NCBI GenBank assembly: GCA_963662545.2
Contig: CAXXLL010000002.1
Span: forward strand, 320,001-384,000
Source of the DNA: Gammaproteobacteria bacterium
GTDB lineage: Bacteria > Pseudomonadota > Gammaproteobacteria > Ga0077536
Reading direction: 5' to 3'
DNA length: 64,000 nt
The notes under the pieces were generated by a model. The model made no database searches. It had not been told where the DNA came from and saw only the letters and a list, made by a program, of their open reading frames with translations. Made by a program: the position numbers and the translations under genes. Numbering within the stretch: position 1 is the first letter of the stretch; each line of letters begins with the position of its first letter. Shown here in pieces: positions 61,818-64,000 of this stretch.

Positions 61818-62436
61818 AAAAGAAATCGTTGGCGGCGCCGTCCTCGTCGTGGTTCTGGCGGCATCGAGTGTACTACTGTCCCTGGCAGGCGTGAAAATCG
61901 ACCTTGCGCGCGAACGAGCGCTGGAAGCAGCTTGGCTAAAACGCATCGAAGGGGTCATCAACGCTGAATTCGACAACGATCCGATCGGCACTCGCCAGAC
62001 CGTATCGAATGAGGTGCTTTTCGGGACTTCGATCGAAGCGCAGTACTGGACGCTGCTGCGGGGCAGTGATGTGGTGGCTTATGCCATTCAAGTGCCGGTT
62101 CCCGAGGCCTACAATGGCGTGATGAGCGTGATGGTCGGCATGGGTGCCGATGGCCGCGTAACCGGCGTGGACGTCCCCGAGCACAGCGAAACACCTTCAT
62201 ACGGCGGACGCTTGATTGCCGGCACCCGCTTTCTGGCGAGCTTTATCGATCGCGACGGGAGGGAAGACGGCGCGCTGTGGCGGGTTGCGGCGGGCGAAGG
62301 TGCGGTCGACGGTGTGACCGGAGCTACGATCACTAAAACCGCCGTGACGAACGGGGTATTTCGAGCGCTGCGATTCTACGAGGTGGTGACGGCGGCAAGC
62401 ACAAGCGAGAGCAAATCTAGAAGAGGGGTCGAATAG
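61807..62436 (+). CDS. rsxG: Rnf/Rsx subunit G
   Basis: N-terminal TM, HSETP, DGVTGATIT FMN motif. Confidence 0.9.
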   Translation: MRAKKEIVGGAVLVVVLAASSVLLSLAGVKIDLARERALEAAWLKRIEGVINAEFDNDPIGTRQTVSNEVLFGTSIEAQYWTLLRGSDVVAYAIQVPVPEAYNGVMSVMVGMGADGRVTGVDVPEHSETPSYGGRLIAGTRFLASFIDRDGREDGALWRVAAGEGAVDGVTGATITKTAVTNGVFRALRFYEVVTAASTSESKSRRGVE

Positions 62437-62438
62437 GC

Positions 62439-63104
62439 GTGGGATTGCGCGAAACGTGTGGTCGGTGCGTTGCGGTCTGCTACGAACGCAACCCGGTCAT
62501 CGCGAAAATGTTGGGTTTATGCCCGCTTCTGGCTATTACCGATACTGTCATGGACGGGGTGATCTTCGGTGGATTTTTCACTTGTGTGCTGTGCATCGCC
62601 GGCGTCGCCGTTCCGCCTCTCAGGTACCTCCTCGCCACGACTTTGCGTCCGCTTTTGTATCAGCTAGCATTGTCGATTATCGTCGCGGCAGTGGGCGCGT
62701 GGCTGATATCAAAATATTACGAAATGGTCGCGCCCTATGGTGTGTATCTCGCGCTGATAGCGGCGAATTGTCTTATCCTCGATTCCGTAGAGCATCGCAG
62801 GACAAGTGTTTCACTCTCTGCAGCGACCCTCGAGTTGTTGATTGAAGGGGCTTTCATCTGGATTTCGCTGGTCATGTTCGGCGCGATTCGCGAGATTCTC
62901 GCCAGCGGAACCTTGTTACTCGATGTCGCCGCGACCACGATTGGCGCGGTGCCCAGCCTGGGTGCGATGCCGATCGCCGGATCGTCCGCGGGCGCGCTCA
63001 TTTTATTAGGATTGATCGCTGCAGGAATCAATGCGGCGCGGCGTTCTGAGCCGGCCGGCGGCCAAATCATGTCTCCCCTCGCCGAGGCTGACCCCGCGCC
63101 TTGA
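62439..63104 (+). CDS. rsxE: Rnf/Rsx subunit E
   Basis: NPVIAKMLGLCPLLA, LIAANCLIL, GAIREIL. Confidence 0.88.
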   Translation: MGLRETCGRCVAVCYERNPVIAKMLGLCPLLAITDTVMDGVIFGGFFTCVLCIAGVAVPPLRYLLATTLRPLLYQLALSIIVAAVGAWLISKYYEMVAPYGVYLALIAANCLILDSVEHRRTSVSLSAATLELLIEGAFIWISLVMFGAIREILASGTLLLDVAATTIGAVPSLGAMPIAGSSAGALILLGLIAAGINAARRSEPAGGQIMSPLAEADPAP

Positions 63105-63745
63105 ACAAGGCCAAGCGTGAAGAATTCTTCCGCCGTCTCAAAGCGCAAGATCCCGCGCCTCGAACGGAGCTCGAATACGATTCCGATTTCCAGCTCCTGA
63201 TCGCCGTGATTCTTTCCGCGCAGGCGACCGACATCAGCGTCAATAAGGCAACACCCGCGCTCTTCGCGGCTTCACCGGATGCCGCGTCCATGTTGAGCCT
63301 GGGCGACGAGGGCTTGAAGACGTATATCCGGTCGATCGGGCTGTTCAACTCGAAAGCCAGGAACATCATCAAGACCTGCGCCATTCTCGTCGACCGCCAT
63401 GGCGGATCCGTGCCGCGCGAACGCAGGGAACTGGAAGCACTTCCCGGCGTTGGCCGAAAGACGGCAAACGTAGTATTGAACACCGCCTTCGGAGAGCCCG
63501 CGATCGCGGTAGATACCCACATTTTTCGCGTCGCCAACCGCACGCGGCTGGCGCCGGGGAAAACGCCGTTGGCGGTCGAGAAATCACTGCTTAAATCGGT
63601 GCCGAAGCCGTATCTCCTAAACGCGCATCACTGGTTGATTCTGCACGGCCGGTACACGTGTTCGGCTCGTAGCCCACGGTGCGGCGAGTGTTCGTTATTC
63701 GATATCTGTGAATGGCGGGAAAAAGACCGGTATGCTTGTGCCTGA
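63101..63745 (+). CDS. nth: Endonuclease III
   Basis: LSAQATD, LPGVGRKTANV, VDTH, CSARSPRCGECSLFDIC. Confidence 0.98.
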   Translation: MNKAKREEFFRRLKAQDPAPRTELEYDSDFQLLIAVILSAQATDISVNKATPALFAASPDAASMLSLGDEGLKTYIRSIGLFNSKARNIIKTCAILVDRHGGSVPRERRELEALPGVGRKTANVVLNTAFGEPAIAVDTHIFRVANRTRLAPGKTPLAVEKSLLKSVPKPYLLNAHHWLILHGRYTCSARSPRCGECSLFDICEWREKDRYACA

Positions 63746-63768
63746 CGGCGTGGATGAGCCCCTAAGCT

Positions 63769-64000
63769 ATGTTCGTTGAGACGCGTGACGAATCGCGGCG
63801 ATTTTTCTTTCACGTTTGGCAGAAAATGTCCGAAAAGCGGCAACTCGAGCCCCTGGAAACGCTCGTTGCGCAGGTCATTAAAGAGCACGCGGAGTACCAC
63901 GCCATACTGTCAGTTCCCGATCAGGCTCTGGACCGCGATTACACCCCTGAAGAAGGCGGAACCAATCCATTTCTTCATATGGGGCTGCACGTTGCCGTGC
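63769..64000 (+). CDS. DUF1841-family protein (runs off the window end)
   Basis: Manual translation MFVETRDESRRFFFHVWQK..LEPLE..EHAEYH..GTNPFLHMGLH. Confidence 0.8.
   Translation, partial: MFVETRDESRRFFFHVWQKMSEKRQLEPLETLVAQVIKEHAEYHAILSVPDQALDRDYTPEEGGTNPFLHMGLHVAV

Overview
Core chromosomal region of a GC-rich gammaproteobacterium, probably marine given the Na+-type PomAB stator and the Rnf/Rsx genes. Housekeeping genes dominate: rmuC, zapE, lon, pyk, ssb/uvrA, lgt-thyA-folA, apaGH, comM, two glnK-amtB pairs, aroE, lptD-surA-pdxA-rsmA, mpl, ispG, msrB, pomAB, dcd, apbC, metG and rsx-nth. I found no transposase, phage gene, tRNA/rRNA or CRISPR array. Four things stand out. (1) At least 13 non-autonomous, self-complementary MITE-like elements with three different terminal-repeat types. 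Most share a ~160-bp length and an ATAG-N5/6-CTAT apex about 80 bp from the end, and many sit exactly on stop codons. (2) Three adjacent exported enzymes (RoxA-like di-heme cytochrome c, LCAT-like lipase lipoprotein, catalase-related heme lipoprotein) near an LplT-like transporter, which suggests an envelope lipid oxidation module. (3) An rsxAB-DGE operon with no rsxC. (4) A DARS-like DnaA-box cluster between two MITEs. All product calls come from recognising motifs by eye, not from database searches.
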